DNA of 63,682 nucleotides, counting the filler, from Candidatus Zhuqueibacterota bacterium (GTDB lineage: Bacteria; BS750m-G25), in the NCBI GenBank assembly GCA_016783505.1. It is 7 parts of 7 records of this genome, joined end to end, with 100 filler letters (N's around TTAATTAATTAA, not from the genome) between each part and the next. Parts side by side here need not be neighbours in the genome. Positions count along the whole stretch, not along the records: positions 29,206 to 38,515 come from JADHWK010000073.1; positions 38,616 to 47,691 come from JADHWK010000074.1; 5 more parts are not named here. The stretch is one strand, 5' to 3'. A model generated the notes under the pieces. It saw only the letters and a program-made list of their open reading frames with translations. It ran no database searches and was not told the DNA's origin. The translations under genes were made by a program, and so were the position numbers. Positions 30,452 through 40,560 of this stretch are shown one piece after another; position 1 is the first letter of the stretch, and each line of letters starts with the position of its first letter.

Positions 30452-31406
30452 TGACTGGATAGATCACATCAAACCGGGCCCGATAATACCATCGGGTGGC
30501 TAAAAAGACGACTCCCAGAAAAATTAAATAAATGGGAAACAATAATGAAACTAAAAAGACAAACACACGTCCGCTGGCCTGAGAAGAAATGAGAAAGGTC
30601 CTCTTGTCCTTTTTGATCAACGCCCGGACAAAAAAGGGTAAAGAAATAACGGCGGCCACAAGACAGATAGGATTGTTTTGAATCACGCTGAAAATTATTG
30701 CCAACCCCAGCAGGCCCGTGCTTAACAGAGCGGCATTTCTCATCCCCAAAAAAAGACCAGTTGTAACGTCCCCGTTGTTTTGGTCCCCACAATTATCTGG
30801 AATGGTGGTATTCACAAAGGTCGCTCCAACCGCCAACACATAAGGTAGAGAAAACCAGAAGACCTTATGGGAATAGGGGGCTACCGTCAGCCAACCGACC
30901 AAGAAGGCTACGAAACCGTATCCCAAGGCATTAAACAATAAGTCCCAAAAGGGTCTTCCTTTGAACTTAAAAGGAGGAACACTGTATAAAACCCCCATGA
31001 AAAAGGAAACAACAAACAATAGAACCAATGGAAATGAAGAAGAGAGCATCAAAACAGTACAGATCAGCACAAGCAAAACGGTTTCTAACCTTGCTTGTTT
31101 AAGGGAAATTAAGCCTTTGGGAATAAAAAACAATTTGTCATTAATCAAGTCCGATTCCCGATCATAGATTTGATTAATTATATATATAGCTCCCATTAGC
31201 AGGGTGTAAGCCAGCCAGACGTACCACACCCTCTCCGAAAAGAAAAACCTGGTCAACTCGGGAAGGTATTCTTGGTACCATTGTAGAAATCCTGTAAAGG
31301 GAACGACCTTCCCCTGGGTTTTCAGCCAGCCGTGATAAAATCCCAATAAAAAAAATGTCCACACCGGTATCAGGATAATCGGCCGCAGGAAGAAGAGGTA
31401 ATCCAA
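30441..31406 (-). CDS. UbiA-family prenyltransferase
   Basis: RP near the N-terminus, NQIYDRESD..N, YSVPP..K, PDNCGD..G..T, many TM segments. Confidence 0.88.
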   Translation of the reverse strand: MDYLFFLRPIILIPVWTFFLLGFYHGWLKTQGKVVPFTGFLQWYQEYLPELTRFFFSERVWYVWLAYTLLMGAIYIINQIYDRESDLINDKLFFIPKGLISLKQARLETVLLVLICTVLMLSSSFPLVLLFVVSFFMGVLYSVPPFKFKGRPFWDLLFNALGYGFVAFLVGWLTVAPYSHKVFWFSLPYVLAVGATFVNTTIPDNCGDQNNGDVTTGLFLGMRNAALLSTGLLGLAIIFSVIQNNPICLVAAVISLPFFVRALIKKDKRTFLISSQASGRVFVFLVSLLFPIYLIFLGVVFLATRWYYRARFDVIYPVIGR

Positions 31407-31468
31407 ACACGCCAGAAATTTCTTTTTGATAGGAATTCTACCTCCTTAAACAGAATTACTGTACAATC

Positions 31469-31933
31469 TCAATCTAAGGCGAAAACCAAACCAATTCCTA
31501 AACCCATACCAACGACATCGGTCACCAGATCTTTCCAACTGGCATTATGTCTGTTGGGATGTTTAGCGTCATAGCACTCTTTGGCCACCCCTAAGGTGAG
31601 GGTAAAACCGGCACTAAAATAAAGGGTCCCCTCCGGGGTATTATGGAATTGATAGCGGTAGACGTAATAACTGGTGGAGGACAGAAGTGCACTGACCCCC
31701 AAGTGCAGGGCCTTATCCCAGGCCAGCCATTTATCCTCCGGTGGGGTCTTGGGTTTTAAAAATGATTTTATCCAAACGCAAATGGTACTAGCAACAGGGT
31801 AGTCAATCCCTTTACCCGTAGTTGCTGCTCCTACCGACTCGCCTGAGGAAACAGGCAGAGCGAACCCCTCAGAAGCGAAAAAAAGAGCAACTGATAATAA
31901 TAATAAAAGATAAAAGAATCTCGATAAAAACAT
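31469..31933 (-). CDS. YfiM/DUF2279-like protein
   Basis: DKW..DKALH, GVAKECYD, SWKDLVTD. Confidence 0.7.
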   Translation of the reverse strand: MFLSRFFYLLLLLSVALFFASEGFALPVSSGESVGAATTGKGIDYPVASTICVWIKSFLKPKTPPEDKWLAWDKALHLGVSALLSSTSYYVYRYQFHNTPEGTLYFSAGFTLTLGVAKECYDAKHPNRHNASWKDLVTDVVGMGLGIGLVFALD

Positions 31934-31937
31934 ATAT

Positions 31938-32486
31938 TTATAACCCTAACTCTTTATCAATGGATTGCATGGCCTTCAGGGATAGGTTCAAAAACGCATC
32001 TAAGTCGAGCCCCAACTTCTGACAATCGGACATCTGTTCCCGGCTGGCCCCGGCGGCAAATCTTTTTTCTTTAAATCGTCTTTTCAGAAAACTGATGTCG
32101 AGGTTCTTCAGCTTTTTCGAAGGGTGCATCAGGGCGCAGGCCACGATGAACCCCGTTAGGGGATCCACGGCCCACAGCGCCCAGTCCATGCGACTTCGGG
32201 GCTCGGCCTTTTGGTTATGGCATTTTATCGCATGAATAATATCCCCACTTATTCCCTTCTCTGAAAGAATATCGGCGGTAATCAGGGTGTGGTGGTCGGG
32301 GTCGTCTACGGTCTGATCATAGTCTAAATCATGAAGGAGACCGGTTAACTCCCACGTAGAGACGTCTTCATCGAAATGCCCAGCCAGGGCACCCATCACC
32401 GTTTCGACAGCCAACATATGTTTGATCAGGTTTTTGTTGGAAACCTTCTCTTTTACTAAAATCAGCGCCTCCGCTCTCGATAACAT
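31938..32486 (-). CDS. HD-domain (HDIG-like) phosphohydrolase
   Basis: KHML, GLLHDLDY, AIKCH, KEKRFAAGASRE. Confidence 0.88.
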   Translation of the reverse strand: MLSRAEALILVKEKVSNKNLIKHMLAVETVMGALAGHFDEDVSTWELTGLLHDLDYDQTVDDPDHHTLITADILSEKGISGDIIHAIKCHNQKAEPRSRMDWALWAVDPLTGFIVACALMHPSKKLKNLDISFLKRRFKEKRFAAGASREQMSDCQKLGLDLDAFLNLSLKAMQSIDKELGL

Positions 32487-32571
32487 AGATCCTCCTAAAA
32501 ACCTAGGGCTTAAAATAACCTTTATTTTCGGATCAGACTATCTGATTTTTGTCGTAGTCCTGTGTACCCGC

Positions 32572-33927
32572 TCAGATTTTACCGGCAATTCCCGCCATTA
32601 AGGTGATGAGGATAAACACCGAGGAGATAATCAGGATGATCCTCACTGCTGGGGGCTTCAGTGGGAAATGAGAATAGCCGGACCGGATTTCCTCCACCAA
32701 TCCTTCCGGCCCCCAGACCCAGGCGATGAACAGGGCCACCAATAACCCCCCGATGGGCAACATATATTTGAAGGACAAATAGTCCATAAAGTCAAAAAAG
32801 GTTTTCCCCAGAAATACAGTTACCCCTTCCATCACTCCATAGGAGAGGGACGCCGGCACCCCCAATAGGAAAATAGCCCCTCCAAAAACCAGGGTCGCCC
32901 GCTTCCGCGACCATCCCTTTTCATCCACAAAGTAGGCGGTGACTACCTCCATTAAGGAGACAGCCGAGGTTAAGGCGGCGATAGCGAGGAGCACAAAAAA
33001 GAGAACACCGAAGAGGAATCCACCGGGCATGCGGGTAAAGACAGCCGGTAGTACGTGAAATACCAGTCCTGGCCCTGCTGCCGGGTTGAGTCCCATGGCA
33101 AAAACAGCGGAGAAAATAGCCACCCCTGCCACCAGGGCGATAAGGGTGTCCAAAATCACGATAGCAAAGGCTGCTGAGATAAGGTTAGCACCCTTGGACA
33201 AATAACTCCCATAGGTGATCATTGCCCCCATGCCCAAGCTCAAGGTGAAGAAGGCATGTCCAAGGGCAACTAAAATGGCGTCACCGGTCAATTTACTAAA
33301 ATCGGGCTTCATCAAAAAAATCAGTCCTGCCTTTGACCCGGGCAAACTAATCCCCCGGATAACCAAAGCCAACAGGATGATCACCAGGGTGGGCATCAGG
33401 ATTTTACACCACTTTTCGATCCCCTCCTTTACCCCTTTGATTACGATTAACACCGTCAGACCCATAAACAGGGCATGATACCCCAGCGGGATCCATGTGC
33501 CCCCGGAAAATTCTTCAAAATGGCGACCAGCCTCGGCGGGATCGTGAAATTGGGAAAAGGTCCCGGTAACGGCTTTTACGATGTAACCAATCGTCCAACC
33601 CGCCACCACACTGTAGTAAGAGAGAATCACAAAACCGCTGGCCACTCCCAGGGTGCCGGCTAAAAACCAGTAGCCGGTGGGACGAAGGGTAAGGTAGGCC
33701 CCGACAGGGTTTTTCTGGGTACGGCGACCGAGGACAAACTCAGCCACCATGATGGGCATCCCTACCAGAATGATTGACAACAGGTAGACGAGGATAAAGG
33801 CCGCCCCCCCGTACATTCCGGTAACAAAGGGAAACTTCCAGACATTACCCAATCCCACCGCTGACCCAGCCGCCGCCAGCACAAAACCAAATTTTGATCC
33901 CCAATGCTCCCGGACCGCCATAGACAC
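32572..33927 (-). CDS. Sodium-dependent NSS/SNF family transporter
   Basis: REHWGSK.GF..AAAGSAVGLGNVWKFP, FFTLSLG. Confidence 0.95.
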   Translation of the reverse strand: MSMAVREHWGSKFGFVLAAAGSAVGLGNVWKFPFVTGMYGGAAFILVYLLSIILVGMPIMVAEFVLGRRTQKNPVGAYLTLRPTGYWFLAGTLGVASGFVILSYYSVVAGWTIGYIVKAVTGTFSQFHDPAEAGRHFEEFSGGTWIPLGYHALFMGLTVLIVIKGVKEGIEKWCKILMPTLVIILLALVIRGISLPGSKAGLIFLMKPDFSKLTGDAILVALGHAFFTLSLGMGAMITYGSYLSKGANLISAAFAIVILDTLIALVAGVAIFSAVFAMGLNPAAGPGLVFHVLPAVFTRMPGGFLFGVLFFVLLAIAALTSAVSLMEVVTAYFVDEKGWSRKRATLVFGGAIFLLGVPASLSYGVMEGVTVFLGKTFFDFMDYLSFKYMLPIGGLLVALFIAWVWGPEGLVEEIRSGYSHFPLKPPAVRIILIISSVFILITLMAGIAGKI

Positions 33928-33969
33928 CCCTTAAAATCACCCATACCGTTTCCCGATTGTTCTTATTGA

Positions 33970-34833
33970 TTACCAACGAAGGCTTACCGAAATTACCGGA
34001 CAATCGGTTAATTTTAAGTTAAAACTTAAATTTCCACTGGTATCAAAGTCTAAAAGATGGGCGTCCACATAAGCATCCCCCATAGAAACCAATATCGTAC
34101 CCACCAACCACCATGAGGATTTCTTTAACAACTCCTCATACTCTATCTTCCTGGCCCCATAGTAGGCAGACACAATTGGAACACTGTCCATAAAATCCAT
34201 CTCTTTTTGATGGTACTCATCGTATCTTACCTTTGAAAGGATAATTCGGTAAATCAAATAGCCCTCGAAGGTGAAGAACAATGATCCTTTCGCCAGCTTT
34301 TTGTTATACCATTGACCCCAGCCGGGAAAAACCATGGATCGAATTAAGGCTCCCCTGGGGGATCCCATCCCTGCGGGTGCGGCTGGTGACCCGCTCTCCG
34401 CCCCTATCTTCTGCCTGCCCCCCTCGTAGGCATCCAAAAAGTTCGCCACATGCAGGCCCCCTGTCCACCAGATGAATTTGTTGCGGTCATCGTAATAATA
34501 ATTTTTCTCATAAATCAGATAGGGATCTGAATTCGTATTGATCTTCCTGACGACATCCAGATAGCGTTGATTTTGCAGATAAAATCCGGAAAACAACATG
34601 ATTTCGGACCCCAGGATGATAAGACCCTTAAGCTTTTGTCCATTGGCCCATTGTCCCCAGCCTGGTATAAAAAGGGAGCGCCACAGAGCGCTTTTGGGTG
34701 GGGTTGGGTAATCCTTCTGATGGGAATCATTCCTAACCTTTCCCGGACAGGGGAGAGTAAAGAAAACAGTTATAAGAAGTACCACCCACCATTTCGCCGC
34801 TATATTAATGGGTCTTTTCAAATTCTGATTCAA
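33970..34833 (-). CDS. Tandem DUF5683-like protein
   Basis: Two RS.(F/I)PGWGQW.N repeats; DAYVDAHL. Confidence 0.75.
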   Translation of the reverse strand: MNQNLKRPINIAAKWWVVLLITVFFTLPCPGKVRNDSHQKDYPTPPKSALWRSLFIPGWGQWANGQKLKGLIILGSEIMLFSGFYLQNQRYLDVVRKINTNSDPYLIYEKNYYYDDRNKFIWWTGGLHVANFLDAYEGGRQKIGAESGSPAAPAGMGSPRGALIRSMVFPGWGQWYNKKLAKGSLFFTFEGYLIYRIILSKVRYDEYHQKEMDFMDSVPIVSAYYGARKIEYEELLKKSSWWLVGTILVSMGDAYVDAHLLDFDTSGNLSFNLKLTDCPVISVSLRW

Positions 34834-34859
34834 TAACAGTGAAATTTGAAAATTTATGA

Positions 34860-34935
34860 TGCTATTTTTACAACCGCTCTAAAGAACGGTTCTGGTTAGG
34901 TAATGGTTAAAGAAAGCTCGAACCAGAACCTATCT
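34860..34935. repeat. Nested-palindrome intergenic repeat (inverted copy at ~55190-55280)
   Basis: AACCGCTCTAAAGAACGGTTCTGGTT...AACCAGAACCTATCTTCAGATAG. Confidence 0.75.
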
Positions 34936-35170
34936 TCAGATAGTTTAAGCCCCCAAACTCTAAACCTATTCGCCTTACTATTTTTTACGTATGTTTTTCA
35001 ATCCGTTTTAACTTCGGAATCATCCAAAATAAAACACATTCCTCAAGCTGCTTGTGATGAACCACTATATTCGGAAAATTTATTGAGGCTTACAAATAAA
35101 TCGGTCAGGCGCCCGACTGAGGGGTGAAATTCCGAAACCTGATTAAACTGCCCCAGGGATCCCCCAGCTT

Positions 35171-35560
35171 TCACCGGAGGGCTATGCATTCGATTTCCAC
35201 CAGCACATCCTTGGGCAACCTGGATACTTCCACCGCCGAACGAGCCGGGGGATTGGTGGGAAAATATTCCCCGTAAACCCGGTTCATCTCGGGGAAATCA
35301 TCCATGTTTTTCAAAAAAACCGTGGTCTTCACTACTCGGTCGAGGTCAGAACCCCCGGCGATCAGTACCGCCTTGAGGTTCTCCAGCACCCGCTTTGTCT
35401 GTTCTACGATGCCCCCACCCACCAACTGGCCCTTGGGGTCAATGGGGATCTGACCGGCGGTAAAAATGAAATTGCCGGTTACTGTCCCCTGGCTATAAGG
35501 CCCGATCACCTCTGGGGCATTGGGAGTAGAAATAACTGATTTTTCTATCGAATGCTTCAT
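35171..35560 (-). CDS. ridA: RidA/YjgF family enamine deaminase
   Basis: [34 protein letters not shown]. Confidence 0.93.
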   Translation of the reverse strand: MKHSIEKSVISTPNAPEVIGPYSQGTVTGNFIFTAGQIPIDPKGQLVGGGIVEQTKRVLENLKAVLIAGGSDLDRVVKTTVFLKNMDDFPEMNRVYGEYFPTNPPARSAVEVSRLPKDVLVEIECIALR

Positions 35561-35655
35561 AAGAGCCCCAACTAACGATTACTTCGCTGTTTAATGAACA
35601 CATTGACCGGATGGTTGTCCGAAAAACCAAGAATAAGCCCCATATAAGTCTAGAG

Positions 35656-35841
35656 CTATTCAATATCTTCATAGTCAGCATCTTCTACATCTTCATCTTT
35701 TAAATCCAAAGATTCTTTTCCCTTCGGCTTTCCCCGGACAGGGAATTCCCCCTTTAGGTGTCGCCAAAAGTTCTTCAAAAATCGGTAAAGCAGATAAAAC
35801 AAAAGAAACAGTACGATCAGCCTAATGAGTCTGGCAAGCAT
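35656..35841 (-). CDS. Small membrane-anchored protein
   Basis: N-terminal TM, acidic tail EDADYEDIE. Confidence 0.65.
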   Translation of the reverse strand: MLARLIRLIVLFLLFYLLYRFLKNFWRHLKGEFPVRGKPKGKESLDLKDEDVEDADYEDIE

Positions 35842-36015
35842 CTCTTTATTAACCTAATCATCAGTAAATCACAATGATGCTAAGAAGCTTGTAAATTGCC
35901 AAAATTGCCATAAGTTCAAAAATTGCCAAAATTATTGAAGTTTAGGCATTTTTTGAAATTTTTAAAATTTAGGCAATCTTTGAACTCTTTAAAATTCAGG
36001 CAATTCTGTATAGTT

Positions 36016-36651
36016 TCACATAGGATTATAAAAATTAATACCCTGGCGGGCCTTCTTAATCCCCTCGATAAGCTTCTCCAGATCATTCGGATTGTGGACA
36101 AAATCAATGGTAGTGGCATTGACGATCAGGAGAGGAGTCTCATAATAATGATGAAAAAAGTGATTATACGACTCACACAGAGCGCGAATATAGTCGGGGG
36201 AAATCTCCCTTTCATATTCTCGGTCCCTCTGCCTGATATTCTCGAGCAATCGCTGGGGGGTGGACTGCAAATAGATGACTAGATCGGGCTTGGGGATGTC
36301 CTTCTCCATAAAAGACCAAATTTTTTCGTAGAGCAAAAGTTCTCGGTCTTCCAGGTTAAGATAGGCAAATATCTTATCCTTGGCGAAAATATAATCGGAA
36401 ATGATTAGCCGATGAAAAAGGTCAATCTGGGGAAATTCCATCTGCTGCCGGTAGCGGGAGAGCAGAAAGAATAGCTGGGTCTGAAAGGCAAACCGTTTCG
36501 GGTCCTGATAAAAATCCTCCAGGAAGGGGTTCTCTTCGGGTTTTTCCAGCACCAGCCGGGCGTTCACCCGACGCCCTAAGATCTGGGCCAGACTGGTCTT
36601 GCCCACCCCGATGACCCCCTCAATCGCAATGTAGTGAAGATCCTTTAACAT
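36016..36651 (-). CDS. Deoxynucleoside kinase
   Basis: IAIEGVIGVGKTS, NPFL..FY, PDLVIYL, R.R.YE. Confidence 0.93.
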   Translation of the reverse strand: MLKDLHYIAIEGVIGVGKTSLAQILGRRVNARLVLEKPEENPFLEDFYQDPKRFAFQTQLFFLLSRYRQQMEFPQIDLFHRLIISDYIFAKDKIFAYLNLEDRELLLYEKIWSFMEKDIPKPDLVIYLQSTPQRLLENIRQRDREYEREISPDYIRALCESYNHFFHHYYETPLLIVNATTIDFVHNPNDLEKLIEGIKKARQGINFYNPM

Positions 36652-37151
36652 AATAGGGCCTTTGGATAAGGTACAACCCTGGACTTATCACCGCATTTAT
36701 CTTTCAACTGAGCGATCGTATTACCCGTTAGCGGGTCAACAAAATCCGGGGCTATCTCGGCTAAGGGGACCAACACAAAATTCCGATCCCGAAACCGGGG
36801 ATGGGGCACCTCAATATTTTCATCCTTATAGTTAATGTTCCCTAAGAGGACTATATCAAGGTCAATAATTCTGGGGCCCCACCTAAGGGAGGGCTCTCTA
36901 CCCATTTCCCCTTCGATTCCTTTTAATTCCTTTACCAATTGGTTTGGACCCAACGTGGTAGAAACCTGAACCACCATGTTTAAGAACGGATTCTGATCGG
37001 GTAGACCCCAGGGTTGGGTTTCATAAACCGAAGACCTTTTTACCAGCGTCAACCGTGGTAATCCCTTAATCCGACCAACCGCCCAGGACAGGTGATCAAG
37101 TCGCTTCCCGAGGTTAGTTCCCAGGCAAATAAAGGCCATCTCCCCCATCAA
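36645..37151 (-). CDS. folK: 6-hydroxymethyl-7,8-dihydropterin pyrophosphokinase
   Basis: LGTNLG, YETQPWG, FLN, GPRIIDLDI, PHP. Confidence 0.95.
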   Translation of the reverse strand: MMGEMAFICLGTNLGKRLDHLSWAVGRIKGLPRLTLVKRSSVYETQPWGLPDQNPFLNMVVQVSTTLGPNQLVKELKGIEGEMGREPSLRWGPRIIDLDIVLLGNINYKDENIEVPHPRFRDRNFVLVPLAEIAPDFVDPLTGNTIAQLKDKCGDKSRVVPYPKALLC

Positions 37152-37537
37152 TCCGCCCCTGAACTTTCAGAAACTGAGTAGCGTTCAATCTCACACTCTA
37201 CCCCATCAAGCAATCCGGGCAGGGGGGGATGGGGCTTCTTGACCCGCACGACCACTTTTTCCACCCTAAAATTTGAGAGGATCCGACCAGCGATCTTCTC
37301 CGCCAGGGTTTCCAAAAGGTTTAATGGGTCACCATTCATCACGGCCTTAATCTCCCCATAAACCCGGGAGTAGTCAACCGTCTGATTTAAATCATCCGCC
37401 CTGATCGCCCCCTGACAGCGGTAGAACAGCTCCACATCCACTGCTAATTTCTGATCCCTCCTCCGCTCATCCTGGTAGCATCCATGATGAGCGAAGAAAA
37501 CCATATCCTTCAGTCTCAATATATTAATTTTATTCAT
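37148..37537 (-). CDS. folB: Dihydroneopterin aldolase
   Basis: FAHHGC..ER..Q, DDL..TVDY, LLETLAE, KPHPP. Confidence 0.95.
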   Translation of the reverse strand: MNKINILRLKDMVFFAHHGCYQDERRRDQKLAVDVELFYRCQGAIRADDLNQTVDYSRVYGEIKAVMNGDPLNLLETLAEKIAGRILSNFRVEKVVVRVKKPHPPLPGLLDGVECEIERYSVSESSGAD

Positions 37538-37589
37538 TTGAATCTTCAATATATCAAAAAAAAAGATAAGTGTCAAGTAAAAATATCTA

Positions 37590-37616
37590 TAAAAAAGCCC
37601 ATCGTAAGGATGGGCC
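37590..37616 (-). terminator. Terminator downstream of the TPR gene
   Basis: GCCCATC-gtaag-GATGGGC hairpin, T-tract on the minus strand. Confidence 0.6.
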
Positions 37617-37708
37617 CGGGGTCACCCGTTGCTTTTTATCGGTTTAATTAAAGGAGAAACTATCATTAACTTTAGGTAGCTAAGCAATTTCATTTTTTAA
37701 CATTCATT

Positions 37709-38515
37709 TTAATGGGTATACCTATCGCTCTCTTTAATCATTTTTATCCTGTATTCGGCGGTTGCCCTCCAGGTGCGGTCGGTAAGTGCCTTCTGGTAAA
37801 CTTCTAGGGCTTTATCTTTCTGACCCAGGCTTTCGTAGGCGGTGCCCATTTCGATGTAAGCCTCAGCATAGTTCTTTTTGTATCTCAAGCAGTTCTCAGC
37901 TTCCTTAATGGCCTCCTCACTTCTCCCTAATTCGTTATATACCCTCGCCAACTGACAATAAGCAGGCCAATAATTCTTTTTATGTTTGGTAGTTATTAAA
38001 AAGGCGGAAACAGCCTCCTCATAGTTGCCCTGATCACGCATAATAAGACCTTTAAGATAAAGGGCTTTTGCGTATTTTGGATTTATCTGAATAGCCATCT
38101 CAATGTTCTTAAGGGCATCGGAATATTTTTTCTGTTTGTTGAAAATTTTACCAAGCAAATAATAGGCCTTATAAAGGGTCGTATCATACTTGGTCGCCTG
38201 GGATAGGAATTTTACCGCATTTTCATAACCATCCATTTTTTCGTAGAGCTGCCCTAAGTCGAAGTAAGATTTGGCATAAGTAGAGTCCTTTTCAATAGCC
38301 TTTAAATAAACCGTAATTGCTTCCTCATATTTTTTGGCCTTCTGGTAAGCAACCCCCAAACTATTGTATGCTTTTGTATTGTTTTCTTCCAGGGTCAACG
38401 ATTTTTTAAAGGACTCAATGGCATCCTCGTATTTGCCCATCTTAAGAAAGTTATTTCCCTCATTATAGGCCTTATCGGCGTCCGCTTTTCTCTTTATTTC
38501 TCTATTGATAATATC
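37709..38515 (-). CDS. TPR repeat protein, 5'-truncated
   Basis: Consecutive 34-aa TPR repeats. Confidence 0.9.
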   Translation of the reverse strand, partial: DIINREIKRKADADKAYNEGNNFLKMGKYEDAIESFKKSLTLEENNTKAYNSLGVAYQKAKKYEEAITVYLKAIEKDSTYAKSYFDLGQLYEKMDGYENAVKFLSQATKYDTTLYKAYYLLGKIFNKQKKYSDALKNIEMAIQINPKYAKALYLKGLIMRDQGNYEEAVSAFLITTKHKKNYWPAYCQLARVYNELGRSEEAIKEAENCLRYKKNYAEAYIEMGTAYESLGQKDKALEVYQKALTDRTWRATAEYRIKMIKESDRYTH

Positions 38516-38615
38516 NNNNNNNNNNNNNNNNNNNNNNNNNNNNNNNNNNNNNNNNNNNNTTAATTAATTAANNNNNNNNNNNNNNNNNNNNNNNNNNNNN
38601 NNNNNNNNNNNNNNN
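38516..38615. other. Artificial contig spacer
   Basis: N-run with linker. Confidence 0.99.
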
Positions 38616-38705
38616 GATGCCTCGGGTTTTCCATCGGGAATTTATTTCTACTGGATGCAGGCGGCTAACTTTAGTCAGGTGAGGAAAATGTTACTGATAA
38701 AATAG
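38616..38705 (+). CDS. 3' end of a T9SS CTD-bearing gene (5'-truncated)
   Basis: DASGFPSGIYFYWMQAANFSQVRKMLLIK*. Confidence 0.85.
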   Translation, partial: DASGFPSGIYFYWMQAANFSQVRKMLLIK

Positions 38706-38740
38706 CGACTCCCAGAAATTGAAAAGCTAACCCTTTAGGG

Positions 38741-38923
38741 GTTTACAATTTGTTGGGTCAGCCAATAAGAACGTTAGTGGATAAAGAACAGCAGGCCGGG
38801 GATTATCAGGTGGAATGGGATGGAAAAAATACAAAAGGTTCAAGGGTGGTGTCCGGGATATATTTTTATCGGCTAAAGACAGGTGACTTTGTTCAGGTGA
38901 AGAAGATGGTGGTTTTGAGGTAA
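38741..38923 (+). pseudogene. Orphan T9SS CTD/FlgD-like remnant lacking the PNPFN start, cargo and signal peptide
   Basis: VYNLLGQPIRTLVDKEQQAGDYQVEWDGKNTKGSRVVSGIYFYRLKTGDFVQVKKMVVLR*. Confidence 0.85.
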
Positions 38924-39076
38924 AGATTAAAATCAAAATTAGTAATGCAAAATTAGTCCCGAATATTCGGGACAAAATGAACAAATCAAAATGGAGAATA
39001 AAGTAAAGATGGTTCTGAAATTGTTAATTGCTAATTGCTAATTTTATATTTTAAATTGAACTTTCTCCGTTGACAG

Positions 39077-39112
39077 AAAAAGGTCGGTTCCTTATTCACC
39101 GGCCTTTTTTAT
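39077..39112 (+). terminator. Rho-independent terminator
   Basis: AAAAAGGTCGG...CCGGCCTTTTTT. Confidence 0.65.
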
Positions 39113-39119
39113 TTTTGTG

Positions 39120-39148
39120 TTGACTTTTATTAAATGATACTATATATT
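39120..39148 (+). promoter_or_regulatory. Sigma70-like promoter
   Basis: TTGACT-17-TATATT. Confidence 0.6.
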
Positions 39149-39255
39149 TCAATAAACCGAGAAAATAATCAGTCCCTTAGATGGGAAGGCTTGGCGAAAG
39201 TTATTTCGCAGATCCAGTAGTTAGCCGAAATTTTAAAATCTAAGTAAGGATTCCA

Positions 39256-40536
39256 ATGAGGTTGTCATTCTACATTCTGCTGTTGACTGTATTAACCAGT
39301 TGTTCTGTAACAGAAAAAACTGATACCAGTTTTTATAAAATTGATCTCAAACTCGATGTAAAAAAACAACTGCTCGATGCCAATGTAGATTTAACCTACT
39401 ATGCGGAAGAAAATCAAGCCTACAGTTTAACATTTTTACTTCATAGAAATTTTTCCATTGAAACCCTGACATGTAATAATCTTGTTAAATATACATTTAA
39501 TATAGAAGATACTTCTCGTTTCCCTTTTACACCAGAAGCAGGGATGCTTACGATTTATTTGAGCAAACCCCTACAAAAGGGCGAAGCACTAAAAATCAAT
39601 TTGCAATATGCCGGGAAAATAGGAATTGTAAGCCAATGGGGGGTAAATCGAATCACGGAAGAATGGATAGAGCTGGGTATGTATACCCCATGGTTTCCAT
39701 ATCAGCCTGAAATTGAAAATCTCACATATCAAGTGGATGTAGCAATCAACCCGGAATATCAAGTTATTGGTATGGGTAAGACAAAAAAAATGGATGACCA
39801 TTGGCAGATTTCACAGGAAAGTCCCAAGAGGGATATTATAATAATGGCAGGCAAAGAAATTCATACAAAAGACATCCAGAAAAATGGTTTAAGTGTGGAT
39901 ATAAATTTTATTGCTCTGAGTGATTCTACCGCAGTTGATATTATGGAACAAGGTCTATGGATATTAGAAAACTATCGCCAATGGTTTGGTGATATTAAAG
40001 CACATCGGGCTTCAATTGTTATCGCTCCCAGAAGTATGGGAGGAGGTTATGCCAGAAGAGGTTTTGTTGTTCTTACAACATTTGAAGATGTAGATTATTA
40101 TCAAAACAGAATTGGTTATTTCAAGTATATTGCCCATGAGTTTTCTCACCTTTGGTGGTCAAAAGCTCCTCCTGATTCATGGGAAGATTGGCTTAATGAA
40201 TCCTTTGCTGAATATTCGGCACTAATAGCTGTCAGAGAGAAATTTGGAAATGAACCATTTGTAAATTGGATAGGGGAGAAACGGAAAAAATCGAAGGACC
40301 TGCCTGCAATTAAGGGAATAAATAGAATGGACAAAAATGCCAATTCTGTTTTATATGACAAGGGTTGTATTTTACTTCACGAGTTAGAATTAGAAATTGG
40401 TAATGATAAATTTCTACAGTTATTAAAACAACTAACAATAAAAAAAGTGAATTCAACAGAGCAGTTTTTAAAAGTGCTTACGGACTTGTCAGGTGCTGAG
40501 GTTTCCAAGAAATTTGAAGAGAAATTAAACATGTAA
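39256..40536 (+). CDS. M1-like (gluzincin) aminopeptidase lipoprotein
   Basis: LTSC lipobox, HEFSH, WLNESFAEY, YDKG. Confidence 0.88.
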   Translation: MRLSFYILLLTVLTSCSVTEKTDTSFYKIDLKLDVKKQLLDANVDLTYYAEENQAYSLTFLLHRNFSIETLTCNNLVKYTFNIEDTSRFPFTPEAGMLTIYLSKPLQKGEALKINLQYAGKIGIVSQWGVNRITEEWIELGMYTPWFPYQPEIENLTYQVDVAINPEYQVIGMGKTKKMDDHWQISQESPKRDIIIMAGKEIHTKDIQKNGLSVDINFIALSDSTAVDIMEQGLWILENYRQWFGDIKAHRASIVIAPRSMGGGYARRGFVVLTTFEDVDYYQNRIGYFKYIAHEFSHLWWSKAPPDSWEDWLNESFAEYSALIAVREKFGNEPFVNWIGEKRKKSKDLPAIKGINRMDKNANSVLYDKGCILLHELELEIGNDKFLQLLKQLTIKKVNSTEQFLKVLTDLSGAEVSKKFEEKLNM

Positions 40537-40560
40537 ATATTTTAAAACTAAGGAGGAATT

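Noticed and set aside
35890-36282. ORFs 35916-36119 and 35923-36282 with KFR/LNF repeats
   Set aside because: Translations of a low-complexity ~9-bp periodic intergenic repeat overlapping the kinase gene.
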